From Chrysochromulina tobinii (lineage: Eukaryota), in assembly GCA_001275005.1 (NCBI GenBank), contig JWZX01003083.1:1-33977 (forward strand): 33,977 nt of DNA, read 5' to 3'. A program made the translations under genes and the position numbers. How positions within the stretch are numbered: the stretch's first letter is position 1; each line of letters starts with the position of its first letter. Below, piece by piece: positions 17,946 to 30,179 of the stretch. The notes beneath the pieces were generated by a model. That model had not been told where the DNA came from, did no database searches, and saw nothing but the letters and a program-made list of their open reading frames with translations.

Positions 17946-20900
17946 TCAGGCAGCGCTAAGATCATCGGCTTCAGCGTTCGCTTGCATCGCGACTGAGGCG
18001 CTCGTGCTAGCAGTACGAGCGATGAGCTTTCCATCTGGCTTCTTGATCGCGGCGTGCTGTGACATATCGGCGACGCCCTTGCAAAAGATCAGCTTGTAGA
18101 CCAGCGCGATGGCGATGATGATCAAAATGTCGATGCCCCGTTCGTCCTTATCGTTGAGCGTCTCAAAATTCCGGTTCAGGTTCTTCAGGATCACCGTGCC
18201 CGTCCTTCCCGCGCATTGGGTGAGTGGCACATCTGGGCAGTAAAAGTCGGAGAAGCACATCGACGGGCCGGTGGAGGTGTTGACCAGGCTGCCATACGTG
18301 CACGGCAGCGTGCCTTCGTAGATGGCGGGGACGAAAATGTCATAGGCAGCCGAGTTGAACAGCCATCGGAGCGGGAAGAGCCAGATCAGGATGCGAAACG
18401 GCCAGATGACGTCCTCGCCACGGAAGACAAGGCCCGTGAAGATCAGGGCACTCGCCCACACATTCATGAACTGCAGGATGCCGATGATCGGATTACGGAG
18501 GAGCGCGCAGGCCTGGCCGAGGCATTCGAAGGCCCACAGGCTGAGCGCGTACGCAATCCAAAAGGTGACGAAATTGTCCCACGGGAAGCCGCCGAGTCCA
18601 TACCCGGGGATGCATGCGCACAGCGCGAGCGCGAACATCATGGGCAGCTGCACCGCCGTGTTGGCCACGACGTACGCGAAGGTCCCGTAGGCGCCAGTCT
18701 TCATCTCGGCGCGCGCCGTCTGCAGCTCGATGTTATAGTAGAACACGGCCACGATGTCGAGAGCGGGCGGCACACAGAGCAACCACCAAAGGAAGAAGAG
18801 GCGGAAGCTGATCTGCTCTTGTACCTGGTTGGCTGACTCGAGGTACACGATGCCGAAGAAGGTGATGATGAACGCCACGACGAACATGCGCACCAGGTAG
18901 ATCACCGGGTCCGCGAACGCCATCTCAAAGGTACGTTGCGTGAGCACGACGATCTGTGTGCATAGGCCGGCGCGTGCCTGCCTCGCGTGCAACTTTGCCT
19001 TCGCCTGCTTGGGCGACAGCGCAGGCGACACGCTGCTCGCGTGTTTCGTCCATTGGTCGAGCACTACTTCCACCGCCTCAATCGACGTCATGTCCTTCGA
19101 CACCTCGTCCACGAGGAACTCGGCCGGGTTGGCCGCCGCCGGGAAGGTCTTCCCAATCTTGGCAAAGTAGCCCGCTGCATCAATGCGCGTGCCGCTGTAG
19201 GCGACACGTCCCATGGAGAGGAGCAACAGTCGATCAAACTTGGCATACACTGCCGCCGACGGCTGCTGGATGGTGCAGAGTATCGACGTGCCGTTCTTGA
19301 GCGCAATATCTTTGAGAAGGCGCGTGATCGCGGCCGCTGCGGCCGAATCGAGACCCGAGGTCGGCTCATCGAGCAGCAGGACCTTAGGGCGGGAAACGAG
19401 GCCGAGGGCCATCATGAGGCGGCGCTTCTGGCCGCCGGAGAGGCCCTGCCGCAGCGCGTCGCCGGCCTTGGTGTGCTGGCACGAGACCATGCCGGTGGCC
19501 AGGAGCAGCTCGTCGACCGCCTTCACCATGGCGGCGCCCGTGAGGTCCGGGCGCATTAGGCGGAAGGCGTACTCGAGGTGCTTGCGTGCCGTCATCATGG
19601 GCCAGAGCGTCTCGGCGTTGGGCACGTATGAGCACAGGTGCGCGTAGTTGGCGGGCGTGATCGGCACGCCGTCGAGCTCCAGTACGCCGTAGGCCACCGT
19701 ACTGGTCTTCTCGAGCGAGAGCGCATTGAGCAGCACGGTGCCGTCGCCATCCGAAGGGCCGATAATCGCCATCACGTCTCCGCCCGGGATTTCGAGCGAG
19801 ACGCCACTCAGAACCTTCTTGTTCTCCTTTTTCGGCATGCACGGAACGCCGGCCGGCGCCGGACTGATGCATTCGAGACCTTTGACCACAAGCACGCTCG
19901 TCGCGCCCTGAGCACCCGGCGCGGCAGGCAGCATCTCGGCCTCCACATTCAATTCTTGAGTGAGCTCGAGGTCGGGATCGCTCAACTTTTTAGAGGAGAC
20001 GGCAATGTGCTTGGAGCTCGATTTCGACGGCTCGACCGGCGTGCTGCCGGGGAGCACCTGGAGTGGCGGGACGGGCGCCTGCACGTTCGATGTCTGAGCG
20101 TACATTTGCACGAGGTAGAGGATACGGAAGAGTACACCACCTGCCCCGATGATGAGCAGACCTTTCGTAACGTTCTCCTCACTCTTGAACAGGTTGGCAA
20201 AGTTGTTCGAGAGCGAGTCGAGAATTTGCGTGCCGGTACGTCCGAGGCATACGAAGCCAGTCGCGTCGCCCGGGCAGTAGAAGGCGCGGGCCGAGCACGG
20301 GTACTGTGAGCCCGGGAACGGGTACGGCACGACGGAGGAGTTGACAATCTCTCCCGGAGTGCAGAGGTACGCGTCTTCGTAATCGGGCGTGTAGATGAAG
20401 ATGGTGTGCACCATGAGCGAGATGGTGTACTGGAGAGGCATGGCGTGCGCCATCCAGCGAAAGACCCACGTGAGATTGTTGAGGTCGATGAACATGCCGC
20501 AGAAGAGGAACATGGCGAAGAAGAGCTGCATGAAATTCATGAGGCCGAGCAAGGGGTGCGACGCAAGGGCGAAAAACTGGCCGTAGCCCTCGAAGCTCCA
20601 GTTGGTGACGCCGTAAATGAGCCACGCTTGTGGGAAGGCACGCCAGTCGAGGTCGCCGATCGCAAACGGGGTGACCATGGCGGAGGCCGCGGTCACGAAC
20701 ATGAAAGGCGGCTGCACGATCCAGCTCGCGAGCGAAGCCGTGAGGGGTGTGAACAGACCGTCCTTGATCTCGCGACGGAGCGAGAGGGCGTAGAAATATT
20801 CGGCGAGAACAGCGACGAGATTGAACTGCAGAGGCATGGTGGTGAAGAAGAGGACGAAGAAGCACCGGGTCTGCACCTGGTCTTGCACGCGCTCCCGCGT

Positions 20901-22007
20901 CGAGAGGTACAGGATCGAGAAGAAAGTGGTGACGAACAGGTTGGCGATGATGCGCCCCACGTAGAGCATAGGGTCGCGGCGCGCGAGGAGAAGCTGCCGG
21001 CTCGTGAGCGACATCACCTGAGAGCAGAACCCGCTCGAGCGGGCGACCTGCGGCAGCCCCTTGTCGTGAATGGCGCGCGGCGTCGCATGTTGGGCGGCCT
21101 CGGAGCTCGCCCACGCGTTGAGCAGCTCGTCGACCTGCGCGGGCGCCGTGAAGTCTTTATTGACGAGATCGAGCACGAATTCAGCGAGATTGACTCCGGC
21201 GGCGGGCGGGCGACCCAGCGCGGTGAAGTACACGCCCATGTCGGCGGCGGGGCCGAAGTAGGCGATGCGGCCGGAGGCGAGGACGAGGTTGTCGTCAAAA
21301 CCCTTGAAGACCGACGCGGGCGGCTGGTGGATCGTGCACGCGATCGCCACGTTCTTTTCGGCTGCGATTTGTTTGAGGAAGCCCATGATCTTGGCCGCCG
21401 AGGCCGAGTCGACGCCCGTCGTCGGCTCGTCGAGGAAGAGGATGGAGGGCTGCTTCGTGAGGGCGAGCGCGATGGAGAGGCGCCGCTTGAGGCCGCTCGA
21501 GAGACCGCCCATGAATTGGTTGCCCGCCTGCGTGTGCTCGGGCTTGCCCTTGAGGCTGAGCTCCTCGAGCAGCGAGTCGATGCCGGCCTCGCGCGCCGCG
21601 CCGGTGACGCCCGGGCGGCAGAGTGCGAAGGCATAGCTCAGGTGCTCACGCGTCGTCAGCGAGGCCCACAGCGCGTCCTGCTGCTGTACATACGCGCAGT
21701 GCTCGCGGTAGAGCGGGCCATCCATGTGTGTGCCGTTGATCATGACGCTGCCGTATGGCTGTCCGCCCTTGCGCTGAAGTGTGAGCATGTTGAGCAGGGT
21801 GGTCTTGCCCGCACCCGACGGTCCCAGGATGGCGAGCACATGGCCCGACGACACCGACGCGGACACGTCGCTGAGCAGGACCTTGTCCTTGGTCTTGATG
21901 CACCTCTTGAGCGCCGCCGGCACCGCCACCGCCTTGCCCTCGAGCGACACCTGCACAATGTAGCTGCAGTGCTCGAAGTGGAGCGTGAATTTGGCCCCGG
22001 GAGCCAT
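17946..22007 (-). CDS. Full-size ABCG transporter (NBD-TMD-NBD-TMD), intronless
   Basis: 1353-aa ORF. NBD1: GPSGAGKTT, LDEPTTG, TIHQP. NBD2: LSGGQKRR, LDEPTSG. Two ABC2-type membrane domains with Cys-rich extracellular loops. Confidence 0.93.
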   Translation of the reverse strand: MAPGAKFTLHFEHCSYIVQVSLEGKAVAVPAALKRCIKTKDKVLLSDVSASVSSGHVLAILGPSGAGKTTLLNMLTLQRKGGQPYGSVMINGTHMDGPLYREHCAYVQQQDALWASLTTREHLSYAFALCRPGVTGAAREAGIDSLLEELSLKGKPEHTQAGNQFMGGLSSGLKRRLSIALALTKQPSILFLDEPTTGVDSASAAKIMGFLKQIAAEKNVAIACTIHQPPASVFKGFDDNLVLASGRIAYFGPAADMGVYFTALGRPPAAGVNLAEFVLDLVNKDFTAPAQVDELLNAWASSEAAQHATPRAIHDKGLPQVARSSGFCSQVMSLTSRQLLLARRDPMLYVGRIIANLFVTTFFSILYLSTRERVQDQVQTRCFFVLFFTTMPLQFNLVAVLAEYFYALSLRREIKDGLFTPLTASLASWIVQPPFMFVTAASAMVTPFAIGDLDWRAFPQAWLIYGVTNWSFEGYGQFFALASHPLLGLMNFMQLFFAMFLFCGMFIDLNNLTWVFRWMAHAMPLQYTISLMVHTIFIYTPDYEDAYLCTPGEIVNSSVVPYPFPGSQYPCSARAFYCPGDATGFVCLGRTGTQILDSLSNNFANLFKSEENVTKGLLIIGAGGVLFRILYLVQMYAQTSNVQAPVPPLQVLPGSTPVEPSKSSSKHIAVSSKKLSDPDLELTQELNVEAEMLPAAPGAQGATSVLVVKGLECISPAPAGVPCMPKKENKKVLSGVSLEIPGGDVMAIIGPSDGDGTVLLNALSLEKTSTVAYGVLELDGVPITPANYAHLCSYVPNAETLWPMMTARKHLEYAFRLMRPDLTGAAMVKAVDELLLATGMVSCQHTKAGDALRQGLSGGQKRRLMMALGLVSRPKVLLLDEPTSGLDSAAAAAITRLLKDIALKNGTSILCTIQQPSAAVYAKFDRLLLLSMGRVAYSGTRIDAAGYFAKIGKTFPAAANPAEFLVDEVSKDMTSIEAVEVVLDQWTKHASSVSPALSPKQAKAKLHARQARAGLCTQIVVLTQRTFEMAFADPVIYLVRMFVVAFIITFFGIVYLESANQVQEQISFRLFFLWWLLCVPPALDIVAVFYYNIELQTARAEMKTGAYGTFAYVVANTAVQLPMMFALALCACIPGYGLGGFPWDNFVTFWIAYALSLWAFECLGQACALLRNPIIGILQFMNVWASALIFTGLVFRGEDVIWPFRILIWLFPLRWLFNSAAYDIFVPAIYEGTLPCTYGSLVNTSTGPSMCFSDFYCPDVPLTQCAGRTGTVILKNLNRNFETLNDKDERGIDILIIIAIALVYKLIFCKGVADMSQHAAIKKPDGKLIARTASTSASVAMQANAEADDLSAA

Positions 22008-22363
22008 TCTGCAATAGCGTTGCAGACCTGGTGGCCGGCTCAGTCGGGTTTCCGGAGAAGTCGGAGAACCTCGGCTCGAACTTCCTTACGATTCCCTCGC
22101 GATTCCCTTTATTTGAGACCCGGTATTCGTCCCCTTTACTCAAGCACGTGTGGTTGTGGCAGTTCTGAATCTCTTTTACAGACAAAGTTTGCCTGCACGA
22201 GGCCTCGAGTGATGACGAGTCGATTTCCGGGGCCCAAGGTGTGGGAGGGTGTGTCGTGATTCGGAGCTCGCAAGTGTGTTTCGTTTTTTCGCGCGGAGAC
22301 GAAAGATGACGCAACTTTCGAGCTCCTCTTGACGAGATCGCGCACGCGGGCGAGGGAACGTGA

Positions 22364-23994
<1,631 letters not shown>

Positions 23995-24134
23995 AGAAGT
24001 GATCGCGCGGAGGAGGCTGCTTGCACGTCTGGGGGTAACGGGAATGGCGCACGGTCGCGAACGTGGCCAAGGTTTCCTAGTCAGGAAGCTCTCAGGGTCG
24101 CCAAGGGCTTCTGTACACGTGCTCCGAACACCGA

Positions 24135-24152
24135 GGGGGGGGGGGGGGGGGG
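24135..24152 (+). repeat. G18 homopolymer downstream of SRP54
   Basis: 18 consecutive G. Confidence 0.9.
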
Positions 24153-24652
24153 CTGCGCTCACGCACCGGCGTTGGAGCCAGCAACCCCGTCTTCTCCTCA
24201 TCGCGACGACCTTGCACCTTCTCGTCTTCTCTTTTCGCAGTTCTGCTTTCGGTGCTCGTTGGTTGTATGATCCCCAGCGGGTAAGATCGAGAAACACGTC
24301 TGCACGCCTCACGCGTGGCGTGGTCCGCAGCGCGCCCGGCCCGGGCCGCACTGGCGCAGACGCTCGTCCGCACGCGCGACGCGCCGGCGCGTGCCCCCGC
24401 CGCGCCTCTCGGGCCCCCTTGTCGGGGAGCGGCCGCCCCTGCCGGAGCCCGGGCGGTGCGCCCGGTGAACGGCAGCTTTATAAATAAGTACGCGTAAAAC
24501 TGTCTCCCGGTCCCGTTGACCAAGGCGGTGAAGACGCGCTCTACCGCGCGCTTCTAAGATTGCTGACACAACACCTGAGGGTTTCATCCGGCGGATACGG
24601 ATCCCGGTTCGCGGTTGGGCGCTGGTTGCGCGGTCCCGGGTGGGCGACCGCC

Positions 24653-26245
24653 TTACGCCTGGAAATCATCATCGCTATGCTTCTTCTTGTACTTCTGCTG
24701 GTAGACGGGCGGTAGAAGCGTGTTCGACGGCGCGTTCTCGGAACCGTCGAGGAGGGCACGGTAACGGCCTTGGAAGCCGTCGAGACCCGTGTTCTCGCTC
24801 GAGGCGAGAGAAGTGGTGACCCCGCTCGAGGAGCAAGCGGGCCGAGCATGCATCATTGACACGTTCTCGCCGCCTTCGTCGCTGCTGTCGACGCCGTATG
24901 TGACGGGCGATCCAACTGCGACGGGCAGGTCGACCGGCGGTGCCTGCTCGAGGGCTTGCGGAAGCTGCTGCCTCTGTCCTTTCTGGTGCGACGGCACCTT
25001 AGCAGAGCGCGAGCCATCATGCTGGGTGGAGGGCGGTAGGGGGCGGGCGGGGGCAACCTCGCGGTCGGGGGCGGTGCGGATGGAAGGCTTGGAGGGCAAG
25101 AGCTCGAGCAGCACGCGTTCCACGTCGAGGATATACGACTCGAGTGGCAGGTCGTTGGCATCATTGCCAAAGGGCTGCTCGATCTCGATTGCCATCTGCT
25201 CGACAGTCAGGAACAGGAAGCCGATCACCGAGAGAGCTGGTACGGCCACCCAGCCGTACTCGCCGATGAGCGAGGAAGGGAGCGTAGCGAGCCAGAGCAC
25301 GAGGAAGGAGCGCAGCGTCGCGATGTAGCAGAACGTCATGGGCGTCTGCTTGATCCGCTCGCACACGCCCACAGCGCTCATCAGCACGCGCATCTGCTCA
25401 ACGGCTTCGTCATAGATGGACGTCCCTAATCCGGTCGTGTCGGTAGGCAGGTTGAACCGCACAGTCGAAGCGAGCTCACGGATCGCTACAAGTGGCGGGC
25501 AGCTCGACTTGTTGAGCAGCATCACGTGCTCCCACGACATGCGAAAGCCTACCTCGTCGGGCGAAACGGCGGTGCCGCGCAAGTAGGCCTTGAACGACAC
25601 TGCGAAGGCGACGACCTGCATGGAGAAGCGCTCCTGCGCGGCGTCGTCACAGAGCGCCGCTCCGGTGGTGACGACAAGTGCGCGGCAGGAGGTGACGGCA
25701 TCCTGCCAAGCACAGCGCGCCTCCCACCACCGGTCGAACGACGCTTGAGTGCGGAAGACGATCAGGAACGAAAGCGCACCGCCCATCACCACGTGCGCAT
25801 CGATGGGCATCTCGAAGCACGGCTTGAGCGACGGCTGAACGAGCTCCACCCAAAAGGTGAGCACGAAGATGTACACGTTAAGCACCATCCACGGGAAGTA
25901 GATGAACGGCGTCATCCGAAGATGGACCGTACCCTGCCACTGGTCGGGCGAGTACTTGTGGAAGCCACGCACAGCGTCTTGGTAGTAGGTGTGGTCGAGC
26001 CACGTAGACTGTGGATCAGGATGACGCGGCGGATGCACCTTGAGAAGGGCATCGCGACTGGCGAGCTGCTCCTTGGCGAGCTGCTCAGTGAAACGACCGG
26101 GCGCTTCGCGGATGTAGCTTGCACGTGTGACCGGTGACCTGTGGGTGCCTTGAGCGCTGGAGCGGTCGCTGCTGCGACGAGAAGAGGAGAGCTTGATTTC
26201 AGACGCGCCGTTGCTGGGACGGCGCTGGTTGGGTGGATTGATCAT
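24653..26245 (-). CDS. Bestrophin-family anion channel (bacterial/plant YneE-VCCN type)
   Basis: LSFLIVFRTQASFDRWWEAR, CERIKQTP, IEQPFGNDANDLPL; first ATG at 26245. Confidence 0.9.
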   Translation of the reverse strand: MINPPNQRRPSNGASEIKLSSSRRSSDRSSAQGTHRSPVTRASYIREAPGRFTEQLAKEQLASRDALLKVHPPRHPDPQSTWLDHTYYQDAVRGFHKYSPDQWQGTVHLRMTPFIYFPWMVLNVYIFVLTFWVELVQPSLKPCFEMPIDAHVVMGGALSFLIVFRTQASFDRWWEARCAWQDAVTSCRALVVTTGAALCDDAAQERFSMQVVAFAVSFKAYLRGTAVSPDEVGFRMSWEHVMLLNKSSCPPLVAIRELASTVRFNLPTDTTGLGTSIYDEAVEQMRVLMSAVGVCERIKQTPMTFCYIATLRSFLVLWLATLPSSLIGEYGWVAVPALSVIGFLFLTVEQMAIEIEQPFGNDANDLPLESYILDVERVLLELLPSKPSIRTAPDREVAPARPLPPSTQHDGSRSAKVPSHQKGQRQQLPQALEQAPPVDLPVAVGSPVTYGVDSSDEGGENVSMMHARPACSSSGVTTSLASSENTGLDGFQGRYRALLDGSENAPSNTLLPPVYQQKYKKKHSDDDFQA

Positions 26246-26448
26246 CGATGCGCTAGCGAGCCTCGTCCACCAAGAGAGTGGAGAGAGGCGTTGTGTGTTC
26301 AAAAATTCAGGCTCCCAAAAAAGGATCGTGATTTCGCGAGGGAGACGTTGCGACAGTCAAGTCCAGTCAAGCCAAGTCAGCTTCGGTTCCTGAAGCAAAT
26401 CAGTTACGTACAGTTGTACTCAGACCTGGTCTGACCTCCGCGCGGCGA

Positions 26449-28454
26449 CTATTTCCAGGCGTTGTGAGCCCAGATGGGGGTTGTAAAGCCCGCAATGCCG
26501 CCTCGTGGGAACGGCAGGCGGGCGTGAGGATTCAGAATGAGGGGATGGTCAGGAGGGGGATCAAGTGGCCCTGAGCCCGTCCTCCATTTTGGCACATTAG
26601 TGGCGGAGCTGCTGTTGCTGCTGTTGCTGCTACTTTCCTCTGGCGGCGGCAAACTACCGTCGGCGCAGAGAGCGCGCCTATCAAAGGTGCACATGGTATC
26701 AGAGCCATTTACCCGATACACGGCGCTTGCCGACGCGCGGTATTGGTGATGCTGAAGGATTCGGTGTGCATACGGCCGGTAGGCATCGATCTTGCACCAC
26801 ACGTCTTCGGGAGGTTGAGGCATCACACGCCCCTCGGGGTAGTCGAGGCCGGCTCTACTCCGTTTGAGCGAGAGCATAAATGTGCCCATCGTTTTCTCCA
26901 TGTGTACCGCAGTTCGAGCTAGCCTCAAGTCATCAGCGCCCCACAAGTCATAGCGCTCCTCTGGATCCGCTGAGAGGTTGAAGAGCGCCACCGTGTGGTT
27001 AGAATAGCCGGCTGACAAACGCGTCCACGCCTGGGAGCACTCGGACGGGGGAGGTATGGGAGCTGACGCAGTGGAACACCGCGTCCTGTTTGGGTAGAAG
27101 CGGCGGCTGTGGACACCAGATGCCCATCGATCCTGAATCGCCCACCTAACCAGCTTGAGATCGCTGTGAACCGACACATCAACGCCCCTAAAGCTCATGA
27201 GGATGTCCTTGTGGCGCCCGCTGGGGATCTCCCCAAGAAAGAGCTTGTAAATGCTCAAGCCATCCTGTGGTTCCAGCATGCTCGATGCCGGCAGGCCCAC
27301 GATCTCGGCAATGGTAGGGAAGAAATCATATGCAGATACTGGGTAGTGAGTGATTCGTGGTGAGATGACTCCGGGCCACTCGACGATTGCAGGCACGCGT
27401 ATGCCGCCCTCAAGCATTTGCTTCTTGAAGCCGTGGAGGCCACCATTAGGGTCGTCTGGAACCTCGTGAAAAGGCTGGGCACCTGCAGCATGGAAGAACG
27501 AAAAGTGAACAAATGTGCAGTACGCAATCAGAGCACGTCGGCACTCGGTTTCGGCCCACCGTTATCACTCGAGAACCATAGTAGCGTCCGGTTTTCGATT
27601 CCCAACTCACGCAGACCCTTTCGCATGGTGCCAACGCTGCGGTCGAGTGAGTGCAACTCGGCGTAGTACCGCACCACGTGGTGTTCGAGAAAGCAGTCGC
27701 AATCGCGGGGCCACACTGGCGCGGCAAAACGCCCTTTGACTCTCGTTGGTACGCACGCCTTTGGAGTCTTATACCTCTCGCAGCGGATGAGGTCTCTGAA
27801 CAGGGCCTGGTCCGCTGTGTGTGCATACCAAGGATCGTGCGGGGAAGCGTAATGCACTGCAACAAAGAGAGGCTTTGGGTAAGGCGCTTTCGCTTCGCGT
27901 CGGATAAAATTGAGGGCCTCGCGAACGATCACTTCTGAGCCTTCTCCGCGAAAGGCCTCGATCTCGCCTTCGCGACTGAGCAGAGGGTCCAAGTCGAAGA
28001 CTCCATAGTTGGAGATCCACGTCTCGAAACCAAACGCCGAAGGGCGGTGGCTGTAGTTTCCAAGTGTGGGCCCGCCGCCGATCCCAAGCGAGTGGATGCC
28101 TTCGAGGTGCATTTTGCCGAAGTGGGCGCAGTGCCAGCCTGCGCGTTGAAGGGCATGGGCAACGGTTTTCTCTTGCAAACGCAGTGGCATCCCCTGGTTG
28201 TCTACACCTGTGCGGTGCGGAGCTCGGCCGGTAAGGAGCGCGGCTCGTGCAGGCGAGCACACAGGCGAACCGGAGTAGTAGCGCTCGAGCCGCAGCCCAT
28301 TCGCTGCCATCGCTGCCAGGTTGGGCGTCCTGAGGCGTTTCTCGGGATCGCGCCATTCAACTTCGCCCCATCCCTGATCGTCCGAGAGGAGCTGAACGAT
28401 GTGCGTGACTGGCGGAGCGTGCCTCACTGCTTCCACACTTTGCGTCGACGCCAT
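26449..28454 (-). CDS. Formylglycine-dependent (S1) sulfatase, complement(join(26449..27482,27545..28454)); alternative donor at 27559
   Basis: SDDQGWG, TPNL..MA..G, CSPARAALLTGR (CxPxR), GKMHL, PHDP, SDNG, EGGIRVP, LFNL..DP.E..DL. A phase-1 intron ending TGCAG at 27483 joins the two ORFs. Confidence 0.88.
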
Positions 28455-28596
28455 AACGGCGTCGGTGAGGAAGCGCGAGCCGCCCAATGCTGTGAGTGAG
28501 CGTGGGGGAGAGAGCAGTCCGCAACACTGTTCCGCGCAACAAACGTGTGTGAATGTGTGTCTGAGTGACTTCTAAGAAACGCTCGCACCTCACCGC

Positions 28597-28824
28597 TACC
28601 GGTAAAAGACACCGGGGGAGCCGGGACACACACGGGTAAGCGTTGTAATATTAGAGGATTTGCGGAATAATGATTGTTTCGACCGGTGCTCGTCGTGCGT
28701 CTTGCCCTCATGGCAAATAAACTAAGGCAAATAAACGTGAATGTGAACGTGAACGTGTTGCGGTCGAAACAGCAATACCGGTCCCGTGTGTGTCCCGGCT
28801 CCCCCCGGTGTCTTTTTACCGGTA
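28597..28824. mobile_element. MITE-like element with ~40-bp terminal inverted repeats and TA ends (or paired promoter motifs)
   Basis: TACCGGTAAAAGACACCGGGGGAGCCGGGACACACACGGG (28597-28636) is the reverse complement of 28783-28824 apart from two homopolymer indels. The interior is relatively AT-rich and has no credible gene. Confidence 0.6.
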
Positions 28825-28895
28825 CCCGTACCCGGTAAGTCGGCGAAGCGTCGACCGAAACGACCAAAGACGCGAAAAAGCAGGCTTCAGTCCAG

Positions 28896-30179
28896 ATGGC
28901 CACGGCCGCCGGAGCTGCAGCTGCCCAGTCGCGTGGCGGCATCCGCCGGTCTCAAGGGAGTGCACTTGCGGGTGAGGGAGGTTTGGTCGGAACAGATGTG
29001 CTGCCAGGAATGATGCCGGAGGATGACTTTGGGCTGTCGCTCGAGGCGCAGGAGCTTGCTGAGCTGCAAGGCATGATTGGATCGTCAACAGTGGGCTCAC
29101 GCCGGACGCCTCCCATGTCCGTCGGCAAGTATCGCCAGTGGAAGCTCGTCGAGGCGAATATTGGGCTCGCTCAGCAAATACGGGCGGAGGAGCAGGCTCT
29201 CAAGCAAAAGCTGCTCGAGTCAACCCACGCCTACCATGAAGCGCGAAAGGCCAAAACCTCAGTTGGCCACATGCAACTGAGGCTCTCCGCAGATGCGGTA
29301 CAAAAATACCACGCTCAACTCGCCATTCAAGGTGCGGAGGGCAAAAGGCAGCTGGAGGAGATCCGCGACAAGGCCATCAAGCAGAAGGCGGAATGGGCAG
29401 CGCATGGCGCACGCAACGCGAACCTGCACGGTCTCGAGCAGAAAAAGCGCGTGCTCGAGAGTCGAGCCGAGCGCTTTCAGTCGCGACGGAATGCTGCGTT
29501 GGCGACGAAGCAGGAATCAGAGGCGAAGAAGGCTGAGGCGCGTGAGCGGATGAACAAGGTCCTCGAGGAGAAGCGCCTTCGACTCGAGAAGACTCGCGAG
29601 GGCTTGCCGACGGCTGAGAGCCTCGCGGCGGCACGTGACTTCTTCCTCGAGCAGAAACGAGAGGCTGCGCGCGATGTGCGCAAGTCTTCGGAGAGGCTGG
29701 AGTCTGCTCGCAAGAAAGATTCGGAGAGATCGCTTGCGCGCGCGGCGGCGAATCGTACGGTCGCGTTCGAGGGGCGCAAGGCTGCAACGCAGCACCGCAC
29801 CGAGATCCTGGAGATGCGAAAGACTCAAGCCAAAGAGATCAAAGAGAGACTGAAGACACTGGAGGCAGCGCGACAACAGACTGTAATTGCAGCGACTCAG
29901 AGTGGCAAGGCGGCCCACCAAGAAGTGTACGAGAAGAGGTTTGTCAGCCAGGAGGAGGCGGAGGAAGTGCACAGCAGCGAATACGGCACCTTGCTACAGC
30001 GAGTGCGGACGCCAGGCGTGATGGGGAAGTCGGGAACAAGCCCTGGCCGTGATCGATCGAGTCGAATATCTCAAGAAGAGATACGCCTCGATTCGAACTC
30101 ACCAGTGTCGCCCAGCAGCGATTCGCTTGGCGGCTCGCCGAAGCAAGCGTGGACGGAGCCAGCACTGGAACTCTCGTGA
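28896..30179 (+). CDS. Hypothetical coiled-coil protein (E/K/R/A-rich)
   Basis: 427-aa ATG-initiated ORF with a long charged helical region; no recognised domain. Confidence 0.7.
   Translation: MATAAGAAAAQSRGGIRRSQGSALAGEGGLVGTDVLPGMMPEDDFGLSLEAQELAELQGMIGSSTVGSRRTPPMSVGKYRQWKLVEANIGLAQQIRAEEQALKQKLLESTHAYHEARKAKTSVGHMQLRLSADAVQKYHAQLAIQGAEGKRQLEEIRDKAIKQKAEWAAHGARNANLHGLEQKKRVLESRAERFQSRRNAALATKQESEAKKAEARERMNKVLEEKRLRLEKTREGLPTAESLAAARDFFLEQKREAARDVRKSSERLESARKKDSERSLARAAANRTVAFEGRKAATQHRTEILEMRKTQAKEIKERLKTLEAARQQTVIAATQSGKAAHQEVYEKRFVSQEEAEEVHSSEYGTLLQRVRTPGVMGKSGTSPGRDRSSRISQEEIRLDSNSPVSPSSDSLGGSPKQAWTEPALELS

Noticed and set aside
9203..22259. Long antisense ORFs (for example 9203..10744 and 20406..22259)
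   Set aside because: Shadow ORFs expected opposite GC3-rich genes; no recognisable domains.
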